Positions 20,247-31,146 of a stretch of 64,000 nt of DNA are shown piece by piece. Source of the DNA: a virus. Taxonomy: Duplodnaviria > Caudoviricetes. The stretch lies in the IMG/VR virus record IMGVR_UViG_3300031949_000003; one strand, given 5' to 3'. Each line of letters opens with the position of its first letter. The stretch's first letter is position 1. The notes under the pieces were generated by a model. It ran no database searches, was not told where the DNA came from, and saw nothing but the letters and a program-made list of their open reading frames with translations. The position numbers and the translations under genes are program-made.

Positions 20247-20372
20247 TCACGCGCTGCCTCGCTTTATGCAACAGCAGTCACGGCAACTCCTCAAATACTT
20301 GTAGCCGCCGACCGCGATCATCTGCACGACGACGAACGCGGCGATGATGACCAAGACGTGTCCGTCGTTCAT
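20247..20372 (-). CDS. small membrane peptide, paralog of 10544-10714
   Basis: MNDGHVLVIIAAFVVVQMIAVGGYKY. Confidence 0.5.
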   Translation of the reverse strand: MNDGHVLVIIAAFVVVQMIAVGGYKYLRSCRDCCCIKRGSA

Positions 20373-20597
20373 AACCTTAGCGTCGCCCTCACGGGTAGTG
20401 GTTGCGGTGCCGCTCGATGAAGGCGTCTGCCGTGTCGGGACCCGTCAGCAAAACGTACGGGACGACTGTCGTCATCTTTTCTGAACATGAGCCCATGCAC
20501 CGTCACATAGGTATCTCGGGTGAACACCGCGAACTCATGATCTGTGCACCGCACCCAAGCGCTGGGAGGCCGCCGCACCGGCCGAAGATAGACTACC

Positions 20598-21338
20598 TCA
20601 CATCCCGTCACGACTGCCTCCGAACAAGTCGAGCTGCCTCGTCGGCGCAGGATCGCACGCGTCTAAATCGAGGAGCGCATCGCCGCGGATGTGGACGACT
20701 GTTAGACCCGCACGTCGGAGTGCAGGCGCGACGAGGAGACGCCGGTGGCAGCGCGCCGGATCCTCCTCGGCGCAAAGAATCGCAGTTCGGCGAACGCGCG
20801 CGAGCTCAACGAGCTGCCCGATCCCAACCTCGAAATCGGGAGCCGCCGCACGGCGCTCGTAGTCGACGCGGCCGTCCTGCCGATAGAACTCGGCTCCTTC
20901 GGGACGACCGCCGAGCTGCCGGCCCAAGAAGACGTAGTCGACGGCGTGCCCCGCCATCGTCTGCGCCAGAGCGGCCCTGTCGAAGTGCGACACCCACTTC
21001 GAGCTGGGATGCGATCGCACGTCGACGAGGCGCTCGATCGCGTGCGCACGCAAGAGCGACACGAAATGCTCGATCGCGTGTCTTGAGTGACCGATGGTGA
21101 AGAGGGTGGAAATCTCCAGCCGCAAGAGCCAGGCGACGCACTCTTTGCAACAACGACCTGCGGTGTCTGGATGCTGCGCGCAGAACACGAACTTTCGCGT
21201 ATCCCACTGCGGCGCGCTGACGCGCGCCTTGTCGCGATCGGCAGCGAGATCGCAACACGATCGCGGATCACCCTCCAGCGATCCTTCGCAGTGGATCACG
21301 TCCGGCAGCTTTTGCGGCTTCGGATCATTCACATTCAC
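20598..21338 (-). CDS. DUF488-domain protein with Cys-rich N-terminal extension
   Basis: LFTIGHS, LVDVRSHP, LGGRP and LCAEEDPARCHRRLL motifs; start uncertain. Confidence 0.8.
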   Translation of the reverse strand: MNVNDPKPQKLPDVIHCEGSLEGDPRSCCDLAADRDKARVSAPQWDTRKFVFCAQHPDTAGRCCKECVAWLLRLEISTLFTIGHSRHAIEHFVSLLRAHAIERLVDVRSHPSSKWVSHFDRAALAQTMAGHAVDYVFLGRQLGGRPEGAEFYRQDGRVDYERRAAAPDFEVGIGQLVELARVRRTAILCAEEDPARCHRRLLVAPALRRAGLTVVHIRGDALLDLDACDPAPTRQLDLFGGSRDGM

Positions 21339-21507
21339 AGTTGTCCTTCCCCGTAGCTCTGCGCCTTTACGAACTGACGCCGACATTTTCCGCGCAGGCA
21401 GGTCTTGATCATGGGAGCTTTGCCGACCCGGATCGATCCCTGCCGAGAACAGAGAGCCTGCACCCAACGTCGACGCAGAGACGCTGACGCGTAGCAGTAG
21501 ACACAGG

Positions 21508-22518
21508 TCATCCTGTGCTCCTGTCACGTCGTGATCGTACGGCATCCTCGATGATCGTCCCGAGGTCGTCGCGCTCGGGCTTCCAGTTGAGCACTTGCCG
21601 GGCGAGCGCGTTGCTCGCGACCAACTCGGCCGGATCGCCCGCGCGCCGCGGACCGACCGCGTGCGGTACCTCGCAGCCGAGCACGCGTGCCGTGGTCGCG
21701 AGCACGTCGCGCACGGTGTAACCCTGTCCGCTGCCGAGGTTGACCGCACCGATCTCCTTGCCGTTGTCGAGAGCGTCGAGCGCGGAGAGGTGCGCTCTGG
21801 CGAGGTCACACACGTGGACGTAGTCCCGCACGCACGTGCCGTCCTTGGTCGGATAGTCGCCGCCGAACACCGTGAGGGGCGGGCGCCGGCCGAGCCCCGC
21901 GTCGATCGCGAGCGGGATGAGGTGCGTCTCAGGATCATGAGACTCGCGCAGCGTGCCGTCTGGATGCGCGCCGGCCGCGTTGAAGTAACGCAGCACGCCC
22001 CATCGGATGCCGTACGCGGGCCCGTACGAGGCGATCGCGTGCTCGATCGCGAGCTTCGTGGCGCCGTACGGATTCACCGGAGCGTATCTCGCGCTCTCGG
22101 CGATCGGAGTCGTCTTGGGCTCCCCGTAAACGGCCGCCGTGGACGAGAACAAGAACACGCGGGGTCCGACCTCGCGAACAATGTCGAGCAGCGCCAGCGA
22201 ACGTGCGACGTTGTGCTCGAAGTAGAGCGCGGGATTCACGACCGACTCGCCGACGCAGATCTTGCCGGCGAAGTGCACGATCGCCGTGACGCGGCGCTCC
22301 TCGATCAGCTTACGCACGAGCACGCGATCCGCGACGTCACCGCGAACGCGCGTGATCCGAGACGGCGCGAGCGCCGAGGGTAGCTCTGGCCAGTCGGGTG
22401 CCCCGGACAAATCGTCGAGGACGATGACCTGACTGCCAGCTTCCCCGGCGAGTCGGGCGAAGTGCGATCCGACGAAGCCGGCGCCACCGGTCACGAGGAT
22501 CGTGTCGCGCGCGCTCAC
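21508..22518 (-). CDS. galE: UDP-glucose 4-epimerase
   Basis: GGAGFVGSH, HFA..VGES, SSTAAVYG, YxxxK, LRYFNAAGA and RDYVHV motifs. Confidence 0.95.
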   Translation of the reverse strand: MSARDTILVTGGAGFVGSHFARLAGEAGSQVIVLDDLSGAPDWPELPSALAPSRITRVRGDVADRVLVRKLIEERRVTAIVHFAGKICVGESVVNPALYFEHNVARSLALLDIVREVGPRVFLFSSTAAVYGEPKTTPIAESARYAPVNPYGATKLAIEHAIASYGPAYGIRWGVLRYFNAAGAHPDGTLRESHDPETHLIPLAIDAGLGRRPPLTVFGGDYPTKDGTCVRDYVHVCDLARAHLSALDALDNGKEIGAVNLGSGQGYTVRDVLATTARVLGCEVPHAVGPRRAGDPAELVASNALARQVLNWKPERDDLGTIIEDAVRSRRDRSTG

Positions 22519-22922
22519 GGGCGCCCTCCGCGGCGCGCCCGCCGCCGTCGCCGTCGCTCTACCGCCCGACGCGCCTCGGGCGGCAGCGCCTGCAAGCGCT
22601 GCTGCTCGCGCGCCTGCTCGCGCGCCTGCTCGTCTGCCCGCTCACGCAGACGCTGGTTCATCTCCTCCGCGAAGCGCGCCCGCGCCGCTTCCCAGATCTC
22701 GCGCTGCTGGTCGAGCTCGGGGCTGTCTTGGACCGAAAATCCGAGAGCCTTGAGCTGCGTCACGAGCCCACGCAGGTGATCCCGCCGTTTCGAATCGACG
22801 ACGAGCGCGCTCAGCACGGCGACGTCGCCGTCTTCTTGCAGGAGAAAATCCACCGCGACCTTCTCCTCGTCAGAGAGGCGCGCGAATAGCTCGCGCGGTG
22901 ACGGCGAGACGATCGTCGGCAT
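22515..22922 (-). CDS. hypothetical coiled-coil protein
   Basis: MPTIVSPSPRELF..., coupled to galE. Confidence 0.6.
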   Translation of the reverse strand: MPTIVSPSPRELFARLSDEEKVAVDFLLQEDGDVAVLSALVVDSKRRDHLRGLVTQLKALGFSVQDSPELDQQREIWEAARARFAEEMNQRLRERADEQAREQAREQQRLQALPPEARRAVERRRRRRARRGGRP

Positions 22923-22932
22923 CAAGCGCACA

Positions 22933-23103
22933 CTACTTCTTGCCCCGAGGCTTCGGCACCTTGCCCACAGAGCGGCGCGACTGCGAGCCGATCGCGAGCA
23001 CCTGCTTGCGGCTCGTGACCCGAGTATCCGATCGCCCCGCACTGCGGTTCATCGCCTTAGTGACCTTCGTAGACAACTTCTTGCTGATTTTCTTCGTCGC
23101 CAT
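22933..23103 (-). CDS. small very basic protein
   Basis: AGGAGG SD; MATKKISKKLSTK... Confidence 0.6.
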   Translation of the reverse strand: MATKKISKKLSTKVTKAMNRSAGRSDTRVTSRKQVLAIGSQSRRSVGKVPKPRGKK

Positions 23104-23926
23104 ATGTCCTCCTAGGGCCAAACGTACACCGGGTAGCGGGGAGCGATCACCGCGCCTCCAGCGCTGCGAGCAGCGCACTCTCCAGCGCGCGCATCTCGAC
23201 CGGATCGCGACCTGCCTCGTCGATCGCGAGCTGGATCGTGAACGCCACAGCGGCGATGACGAGATCCCGCGTCGGAGGGCTAGTGATATCGGTCGTCGTG
23301 ACGTGCGGGCAGCGACATGCTGCGAGTGCCAGCTGACCGAGCGTGCACGAGAGGTCGTGGGTCATGAGGAGCGCCTTCACGCGGCGCTCCTCTTGGTGCG
23401 CGGCTTCCTGGCGAGGCGCACGTTGGCGAGCATCTTCTTGCTCTCAAGTAGCCGCGCGAGCGACGCCACATAGAGTGCACCTGCCTCATCGCCCACGCTC
23501 GTGAGAAGTTGCGAGAGCACGTCGAGCTGGACCATCGACTGCTTGTAGAGATCCGCGTCGTCCCTTCGGGCCTGCGCGAGCAACCGATCGAGGTTGCCTG
23601 CCCGCTTCGAGGCCCAGTCGGCTAGATCACCCGGTTTCGAGAGCTTGGTCACGACGCGCTCCTCTCCCCCGACGACTGCCTCGAAGATGGCTCCCCCGAC
23701 GACTGCCTCGAAGACGGCTTCTCACCGCGGCCGACGCCGCGCGCGTCCTGACAGTTGAAACAGAACCGCATGTGACGGTGCTGCCCCTTCCAGCGATAGG
23801 CGATGATCGACGAGCACGCGCGGCAGACGTCGTCGCCGCACGCCCAGCAGGTGACAACCGGGCCCCGGGCGAAGTTGCGACCGGACGCCTCGCAATCGAT
23901 CGAGTCCACGACAGAGCAGTTACGGC

Positions 23927-25138
23927 TCACGATGCCTCCTCCTTCTTCTGGGCACGTGCGTACACGATCGTCCCGATCACCTCGACCTCGTCGAAGGAAA
24001 GCTCGCGGTTGATGAGGTACACGGGATCCGCGTAGTCGCCCTTGTACGCGGTGATCGGCACGATCGTGCACGCACGTGCCCGGATGAAGGAGTCGACCTC
24101 CGCCTGGGTGAAGCTGTCGCGCTGATCCTTGATCTTCTCGGCAAGCTCCGTGCGGAGCGTCTCGTAGACGGCGTCGTCCACGACGTAGACGCCGCGCGCG
24201 TCCTTCGGAGACACCTTGACGAGCAGCTCGTCGAACAGCCTAGGCGTGTACCCCGGGATGCGCCAAGCCGCGGTACCGATCACACCGCACCAGATGAATC
24301 CGTCGAAGGCCACTTCGGGAAGATCCGCACCGCTCTTGATGCTCAGATGTGCGAGGCGTGGATTGCCGATGAGCCCATAGCGTTCCGCCAGCGGCAAGTC
24401 GTCGAGACAGCGCTTGCCGATCTCGATACGACGCGCATCGCGCGGCTCGCCGTACGCGAAGAAGGGTCCGTGGTCATCAGGGAACGGAATCGGCAGGGGC
24501 TCCACGCAGACGTCATCGACCGTCTCCGCGATCGGACTCGCCTCGATGTCCGGCAGGCCGACGTCCTGGAGGTAGGCACGGAACTCCTCCATGACCTCAG
24601 ACGTGCGGAACGACTGCGGCTCTTCGCCCTCGGGACCGTACTCACGGTGGTCTTCGTTCCAGCCAAGCATCCCCGCGCGTACGCCCGGCCAGCGATCCCT
24701 TCCAGAATACCTGACGCACAACCGCGGCTTCTTGTCGAGGCGTGCATTGGGGCGTGACCACCACGCCCTACGATCATGCTCCCAGTCGGAGCCGACGTAG
24801 ACGTCGTACGTGGGGCCCGACTCGTCCGGGTACACGTGCAGCGAGCGCTTGGCGAGCTGCACGAAGTCGACCGCTGCGACGTCGTTAAACTTCTCGCCGG
24901 GCAGAAGACCCTGCGGACGACCGAAGCGGATCACGACGTCGTGGTGACCGATGTCGATCGCGAGCTGACTGCTTTTGATCTCGCTAACGTAGCGGAGCTT
25001 CTGCGCGCCGCTGCCGTAGTCGCGGAAGGCGACGGTGAAGCCGGGCACCTGGAAGTTCCGAGCGTGAAGAGCGCGCACGATCTGCTCGCACACCTCATCG
25101 AAGGGAAACTGCCGGCTCTTGGGATAAAGAAACTGCAT
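23927..25138 (-). CDS. hypothetical protein (403 aa)
   Basis: Long ORF with AGGAG SD and normal codon use. Confidence 0.8.
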   Translation of the reverse strand: MQFLYPKSRQFPFDEVCEQIVRALHARNFQVPGFTVAFRDYGSGAQKLRYVSEIKSSQLAIDIGHHDVVIRFGRPQGLLPGEKFNDVAAVDFVQLAKRSLHVYPDESGPTYDVYVGSDWEHDRRAWWSRPNARLDKKPRLCVRYSGRDRWPGVRAGMLGWNEDHREYGPEGEEPQSFRTSEVMEEFRAYLQDVGLPDIEASPIAETVDDVCVEPLPIPFPDDHGPFFAYGEPRDARRIEIGKRCLDDLPLAERYGLIGNPRLAHLSIKSGADLPEVAFDGFIWCGVIGTAAWRIPGYTPRLFDELLVKVSPKDARGVYVVDDAVYETLRTELAEKIKDQRDSFTQAEVDSFIRARACTIVPITAYKGDYADPVYLINRELSFDEVEVIGTIVYARAQKKEEAS

Positions 25139-26365
25139 TCGATAAAATCTCCTGGTTGTTGTCAGCTCGCGGTTTCTTCGGAGAGCAGCTCGTCACACAT
25201 CGAGCGAAGAGCCACGACCTGGTCGCGAGAAAGGCCGAGCGAGACAATGAAGCCTCCCGGAACCTGGATGGCGCGAATCGATCCTGCTGAGAGGTTGAAC
25301 GGCTTTCCCTGCCCGGCGGGCATACGTGCGAGGGTGAACGTCCCCTTGCCGCGGCTGATCGAAGCGCGGATCTCGTTGAGAGCTTCCTGCATGTCTCGCA
25401 TGTCGCCATCCGTGGTCTTGGTCATCGTGAATTCACTAACGTGAGTGCGATCCAAAGGATCACGCAAGTTGTCAGCACGATGCCGAAGGCAACGCGATTA
25501 GCGCGAGCCAGGCGCGCGTAATCGCCGTCGGTCATCGAGCCTGGTTTGCCGAACAAGCGATGCAGTAGCGATCGACCTCCGGCTGCTTCATCGCAGTCGG
25601 CTTCAGCATCGGGCTCTCCCGGATGGTCACGCCATGCAGGGCACGCGTGCCGCTTGCAGTCTGGACACCAATCGTTCACGGCAACACCTTTCCCTCGCGC
25701 TGAGCGACGATCCGATCCACGAGTTCGTGAAGCTCTTGCAGCTTGCGGTGGATTCGACCACCGGGGCGCGTGTCGCGATCGAAATCTTCCGTGGCTTTGC
25801 GGTATCGCGTCATGCAGTCAAGGCAGTCGACCTTGTAGCAGCGACAGATCTTGTTCGCGTCGTCGGTCACGGGGCCTCCAGCAGCTCGACGTCGCGCGGA
25901 CGTAGCCGTCGCAGCCAATCCAAGATCGATGCCCAGTCGCGCCGCGGCTCGATCGGACCCGCACCGAAGTCGACGCGCCACTGCCCGTCTTCGGAGCACG
26001 TGACCTCGTACGTGCGATCGACCCACGTCATGTCGGGGCCCGCCTGGATCTGGCAGGCGATCAGCGCGCGGGCTCGCGGCTCGCGAAACGCTGCGATATC
26101 CTCGTAGCTCACGATCGCCACCTCGCGATGGCCCGCGGCAACGCGATGGTGTTCGCCGCGATCCAGCGCGCGCGGCCCGCTTCTCGACAAGGGCCGCACA
26201 TGATGGCCATCACGCGGCACCCCTCTGAGCACAATCGCTCGACGTCCTCGTGCCTCCGATCGCACGTCTGACAACGCACGCGCCGGAGGGGTCCTGTTCG
26301 GGGGAGCCGATCGTAGTCTCGGGACAGCCCGAGCGGAACGCCAGCGATCGTCTCTGCCGGAAGAC

Positions 26366-26965
26366 TCATGCAGACTCCTTGGACGGCTTGGACGGCTCGA
26401 AGGGCTTGAACGCGTACAGCTCGACGCCCTTCGTATCGAGACCGTCGGGGTACTTCTTCATCGCTTCGAGCTGGTATTCGTTGGGCCTCCAGCCCCAGAT
26501 CTTGACGAGCGTGAAGAGCAGCTCGGCCTCGTACGCGTGCCAGCGCGCGCGATTCGTCGGATCGCCGATCAGTCGATCGTTGTAGAAGTCGACGACCTGC
26601 GCGCCGACGAAGAGGATCGCGCCGAGCTGCATGAACGCGTCCTCCTTCGTCATCGCTGGCCACGTCCGCGGGATGAGCACCATGCCCTGCGAGACCCCGC
26701 GCACGCGCACGGCAGTGAACGTGAGCGACGGCACCTCGGGCCCGAGCGCGACTTGCACGCGCTTGTTGCCGACGAGATCCCAGACCATCTGCGCCAACGC
26801 TTGAACGCGCTCGTTGGGAATGAAGACGCGCAGTGTCGCGACGCCGGCCGCGAAGAGTTCCGCACACTCCTTTCCGCGTACGGCGACGGGATCCGAGTCG
26901 GGCAGCTCGTCGACGTGGACTTGGCCGGCTGTGAATCCCGCCACGATCTCTTCGCGAAGTGTCAT
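26366..26965 (-). CDS. hypothetical protein
   Basis: MTLREEIVAG..., ATGA overlap. Confidence 0.7.
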   Translation of the reverse strand: MTLREEIVAGFTAGQVHVDELPDSDPVAVRGKECAELFAAGVATLRVFIPNERVQALAQMVWDLVGNKRVQVALGPEVPSLTFTAVRVRGVSQGMVLIPRTWPAMTKEDAFMQLGAILFVGAQVVDFYNDRLIGDPTNRARWHAYEAELLFTLVKIWGWRPNEYQLEAMKKYPDGLDTKGVELYAFKPFEPSKPSKESA

Positions 26966-28016
26966 CGCTCCCCCTTCATCCATGCCCAGAAGTTCTTCTT
27001 GCACGAGCTGCACAACCCATATCGACCGCCACCGTGCCCCTCGATCGCCATCCGCATCCAGTCGTCTGGCCAGCGGGGCTCCGTCGATTCCTCACGATCT
27101 GGCGCGACGATCTCGACACAGCCGCACTTGTCGCACTTGATCTCGAACTTCGGAGTAACCTTCACGCCTTGCTCCTCTTGTGGCGATCCACGACTTCGCT
27201 CTCGACCCGTCGCAGCTCGCGCCGAAGGAACGTCTCGAAGCTCTCCGGGACGTGCTCGCCCGCCGCGACGCGGCGGCGATCCGCGTGAACGCCGCGGGCG
27301 AGGTGCCGCCCGCGCCGCGTGCCGCTCCAGCAGCGGACGGCGGCCTCGGCGCCGCAGCTCGGACACGCGACCGAGAGTGCGTCGATCTTCGTCACGGTTT
27401 CTTCTTCCCTGCCTTGGCCGCTTCCTCGGCGACCTGTTGCCGCCTGCGGCCGAGCCATGCGTCCAGGTTCTGGGGAACACGTTCACCCCGCGCCACGCGG
27501 ACACGATCGGGATGATGCGACCCCTGAGAAATCTTGCGGCCGACCCGCGTACTGCTCCAGCAGAGGTCGCCGATCTCGGCCCCGCACGTAGGACATTCCA
27601 CCGAGAGCGTGTTGGTCTGGACCATCACGGTCACCAGGTAGAGGGCCTCCAGTCCAGCCGGGCCGAACTCGCCCACGACCTTGATCGAATCGTTCACGCC
27701 GTCCAGGTAGGATCGCAAGCGCTCCTTGGCGACGTCCTCTCCGTGCTGGGCGCGCTGCCGCAGTGCCCAGTCTTCGAGGTAGGCGTAGAACTTCTCGGCC
27801 GGTGTCGTGCCCTTCACTCGTCGGGCTCCGCGAGCCAGCGCAGGTACGATCGATAGATCGCGCGACCGTCCGGGCACATGGCGGCGAGTGTCTCGTCGGG
27901 AACGGTGTGTCGCTTTCCGTGCTGTTGCTGCCGCACCTCCTCCGGGTTGATGTCCTTGCACTGAGCGCAGCCATTGAAGTGCCGGCTCACGTCATCGTGG
28001 ATCCACGAACCCTTCG

Positions 28017-28661
28017 TCACGATGTCCTCCCAGATCGGCAGTGCGGGCAGTCCGTCCGATTGCACGGGCGCGCCTGCTTGCTCGGCGCGCGACCGTCGAT
28101 GGGCCACGTACAGATGGTCGGGCTATCTTCCGCGAACCGTTCGCGCGCCAAAATGGTCGGCGGAATGTCCTTACCGCAGCGCTCGCAGAACGGCAGGTGT
28201 GTTTGCCGCCAACGCACCGGGCCCAAGTGATTGCCGTGCTCGCACTGCGGTTCTTTCCTTCTTGCCGCGCGCTGCTCCGAGACCTCGCGCGTGTACAAGT
28301 GCCCCTTGCCGCTGCCCACTACATCAGGGAAATCGAGCGGGCCGTACTTGGCCACGGCAAAGGCGAACTCCGGGTGATCGCGCAAACAGTCGGGTCCGAT
28401 CGGCAGAAGCGTCGGTAGCCGCGACCCGTTGGGCATCGTCTGGAAGTCTCGCCACTCGTCTGTCTTGAGATCCTCGTCCGCGGACACGAGCCACCACTCG
28501 CCGTCGTTCGTGCGCGCCGTGTATAGGCGCGTCGCGTCAGGGCGCACAGGGCGCGCGCAGTACGCGCATAGCGCGTCGCTGTACACGCCCATCCCGGCAT
28601 CCGTCCCGGCAAACCGCTTGTACCAGCGATCTGACTGCACGAACACGAGCCGTTGACTCAC
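28017..28661 (-). CDS. Cys-rich hypothetical protein
   Basis: 214 aa coupled ORF. Confidence 0.55.
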   Translation of the reverse strand: MSQRLVFVQSDRWYKRFAGTDAGMGVYSDALCAYCARPVRPDATRLYTARTNDGEWWLVSADEDLKTDEWRDFQTMPNGSRLPTLLPIGPDCLRDHPEFAFAVAKYGPLDFPDVVGSGKGHLYTREVSEQRAARRKEPQCEHGNHLGPVRWRQTHLPFCERCGKDIPPTILARERFAEDSPTICTWPIDGRAPSKQARPCNRTDCPHCRSGRTS

Positions 28662-29230
28662 GGCAGGGCCTCTAACGCCAGCTGCAAGCGGTCACGGATC
28701 TTTAGCTCCTCGTCATCGGCGTCGGCCCATGCATCGATCATCCCGCAGAGGCTACGAACCCCGGACTCATAGAGCTCGACGAGGACCTGCCTGCGATCGT
28801 TACCGTCGGTCCGCCATTTCGCGTCCATCTCGTCGGTCCACGTCGCGACCAGCATGATCTCGATCGTGACCCGCGCCTCGCCGTCGACGATCGTCGCGCC
28901 GATCGTCGGCCTCGACCAGGCCACGGTGGTGTGGTCGAACAAGTACACGAGATCGATCCCGATCGCGTAGAAGGTCGGGAGGACGATTGTCACCGAGTTC
29001 CGATCGATCCGGATCTCGGACGCCTGGTACACCTCCCACGCGCCGCTGTCGCGGACCTCGAAACCAGGCTGCCCACGCTGCTCGGGGTGCTCGCGCAGGA
29101 CCTGCGCCAGCTCGGCCTCCTCGCGCGCGCGATACGCCGCGTTGTGCGCCTCGAACCGGGCGCGGATCTCGGAGCGAAAGCTCTCGGCGACGACCTCGTC
29201 GGACCACTGCGGTAGCGGGGTTTCGGTCAC
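28658..29230 (-). CDS. hypothetical protein
   Basis: 190 aa coupled ORF. Confidence 0.65.
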   Translation of the reverse strand: MTETPLPQWSDEVVAESFRSEIRARFEAHNAAYRAREEAELAQVLREHPEQRGQPGFEVRDSGAWEVYQASEIRIDRNSVTIVLPTFYAIGIDLVYLFDHTTVAWSRPTIGATIVDGEARVTIEIMLVATWTDEMDAKWRTDGNDRRQVLVELYESGVRSLCGMIDAWADADDEELKIRDRLQLALEALP

Positions 29231-30366
29231 GGCTGATCCTCTTTCTTCGCGCGCCTAAGCACGCGGTTCGTGAGAGCGTGGCCGCCGTTGATGACCGTCA
29301 CGAGAGCAGCACCCTCCCACAAGCCGCGATCGTGGTCCGCGTAGCTCGCGAGCAGCGCCTCCAGTCCCCAGTAGGTGGCGACGACGATCAGCATGATCGC
29401 GGCACCGAGGGCGAGCGGCAGGACGATAACTCGAAGCGCTGCGCGAATCACGGCGTCTCCTCCGTCAACACGTTCGACACCTCGGGCGCGTGCTCAGCCG
29501 GGCTCTTTTCACCGTCGCGCGTCATGGCACGAACCCCGTCATGTCGTGAACGACGAGATGATACGTCTTGCCATCACGCGCGTAGACGATCGTCGCGCCG
29601 ACGACCTGAATGCTGCCCAAGAGGTCGAGTCCGGCTGATTGATGCTGTAGCAGTATGTCAGCCACGATCTTAGCCTCCTTGCGGGCGGAATAGACAGCGC
29701 GTGTTTCTTCGTCGGTCACGGTTTCTGGACCTCGCCGCGCCCTCGGCGCAGTCTGCTCACGAGGAGATCAACGGTCTGCGGATCAAAGGCGTGGACTGCA
29801 AGAACGCGCTCGCAATCGACGATCTCCCTGGTCATGCCGTAGGTCCCATGGGCGACTTCGATCGCGCGATCATGGCTCTCCGTCAAGATGAGGTGCGTGG
29901 TGATAGCGTCAGGAACCCCGTTCGGGTGCATGCGGACCTTGTAGACGTAGATGTCATTCATCACGGCCTGTCACCCTTCGCTGGTACAGGGCTCATGGCA
30001 GCCCCGCGGATCAACCGAATCACATTGAGCGCGTGACGGATCGGCCAGCCGCATTCATCACGCAGCATGCGGAGTGCAGCGACTTCCGAATCTGAGGAAA
30101 CGAGCGCGACCTCCGCGAGTTCGTAATCGTCGGCGGTGATCACGACGATTCTCCATCAAGGATACGGAGCACAGCCTCCCAGGTCTCGCGCTCGACACGC
30201 ACGCCATGTAGACGTTCGTGCACTACCGGCGAGACCCAGCCACGCTGCGCTTGACCCTTCCGTAGATCGGCGCCGTCCTCCTCATCACGTCGGCACGCCT
30301 CGATTCGCACCTGTGCGTACGTGCACAGCTCGGCGACACGCGCGATCAGCTTGGCATCGCCGTCGC

Positions 30367-31146
30367 TCATGGCAGCACCTCCGGCGCATGCTCCGCCAGG
30401 AACACCCGCCACGAGCCCGGCTTCTTCTCGCCGCCGCGCGTGCCCTTGACGCCGCGGCCCCACAGCCCCTCGATCTTGATCAGATTCGGTCGGGCCCGAT
30501 CTTCCATCTCGACCGCGCGGCGTGCGAGGTCAGGATGTCGCTTGGCGAGCTGGATCAGCTCGGCAGGCTTGAGCGAAGGGCAGTACCAACAGCTCGACTT
30601 CGGCGGTACCGGCAGACCCGCCGCCGCGATCTCAGCCTCGCAGCGGCTACGATCCCAGCCCCATTCGCGCAGGGGGTAGATCCAGGTCCACGGCCCCTTA
30701 CTCTGTACACCGCCGCGCCGCGAGTCGCACGGACCGGCGTCGTATCCGATGGCCCGCTGGATCTTGCCACCGGCCTTGATGTGAGTCGCGAAGTGCTTGC
30801 CGCACGCCGTGTCGAGCGGCTTACCCTTCCACTTGAGCGAGCATCCCTTGCGACCGCCGAACGCGAGCGACGGCAGTGTCTTGTTGACGAGGCAGTTCTC
30901 TTCGAGCGTGGTGTAGTGCCCGTTCCGTCCGCGCTGCAAGACGTACTGCACGTCGGTGATCGCGGGGAAGCCAACGCGGTCGAGCCACTCGTCGATGATC
31001 GGCCGATACGCGTACGTCTCCGGCCACTCGTTACCAACCTGCGCGTGGCCGATCCAGTCGGGCCGGATGCCCCGCTGCCACCAGCCGACGAGCACGGCGG
31101 TCGAGTCGACGCCCAGGCCATACGAAAGTGCGAGAGGATCGATCAC
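30367..31146 (-). CDS. PAPS reductase-family / adenine-nucleotide alpha-hydrolase (PP-loop) protein 1
   Basis: SYGLGVDS, EWPETY, CSLKWK, IGYDAG, YPL..WGW and PPKSSCWYCP motifs. Confidence 0.8.
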   Translation of the reverse strand: MIDPLALSYGLGVDSTAVLVGWWQRGIRPDWIGHAQVGNEWPETYAYRPIIDEWLDRVGFPAITDVQYVLQRGRNGHYTTLEENCLVNKTLPSLAFGGRKGCSLKWKGKPLDTACGKHFATHIKAGGKIQRAIGYDAGPCDSRRGGVQSKGPWTWIYPLREWGWDRSRCEAEIAAAGLPVPPKSSCWYCPSLKPAELIQLAKRHPDLARRAVEMEDRARPNLIKIEGLWGRGVKGTRGGEKKPGSWRVFLAEHAPEVLP

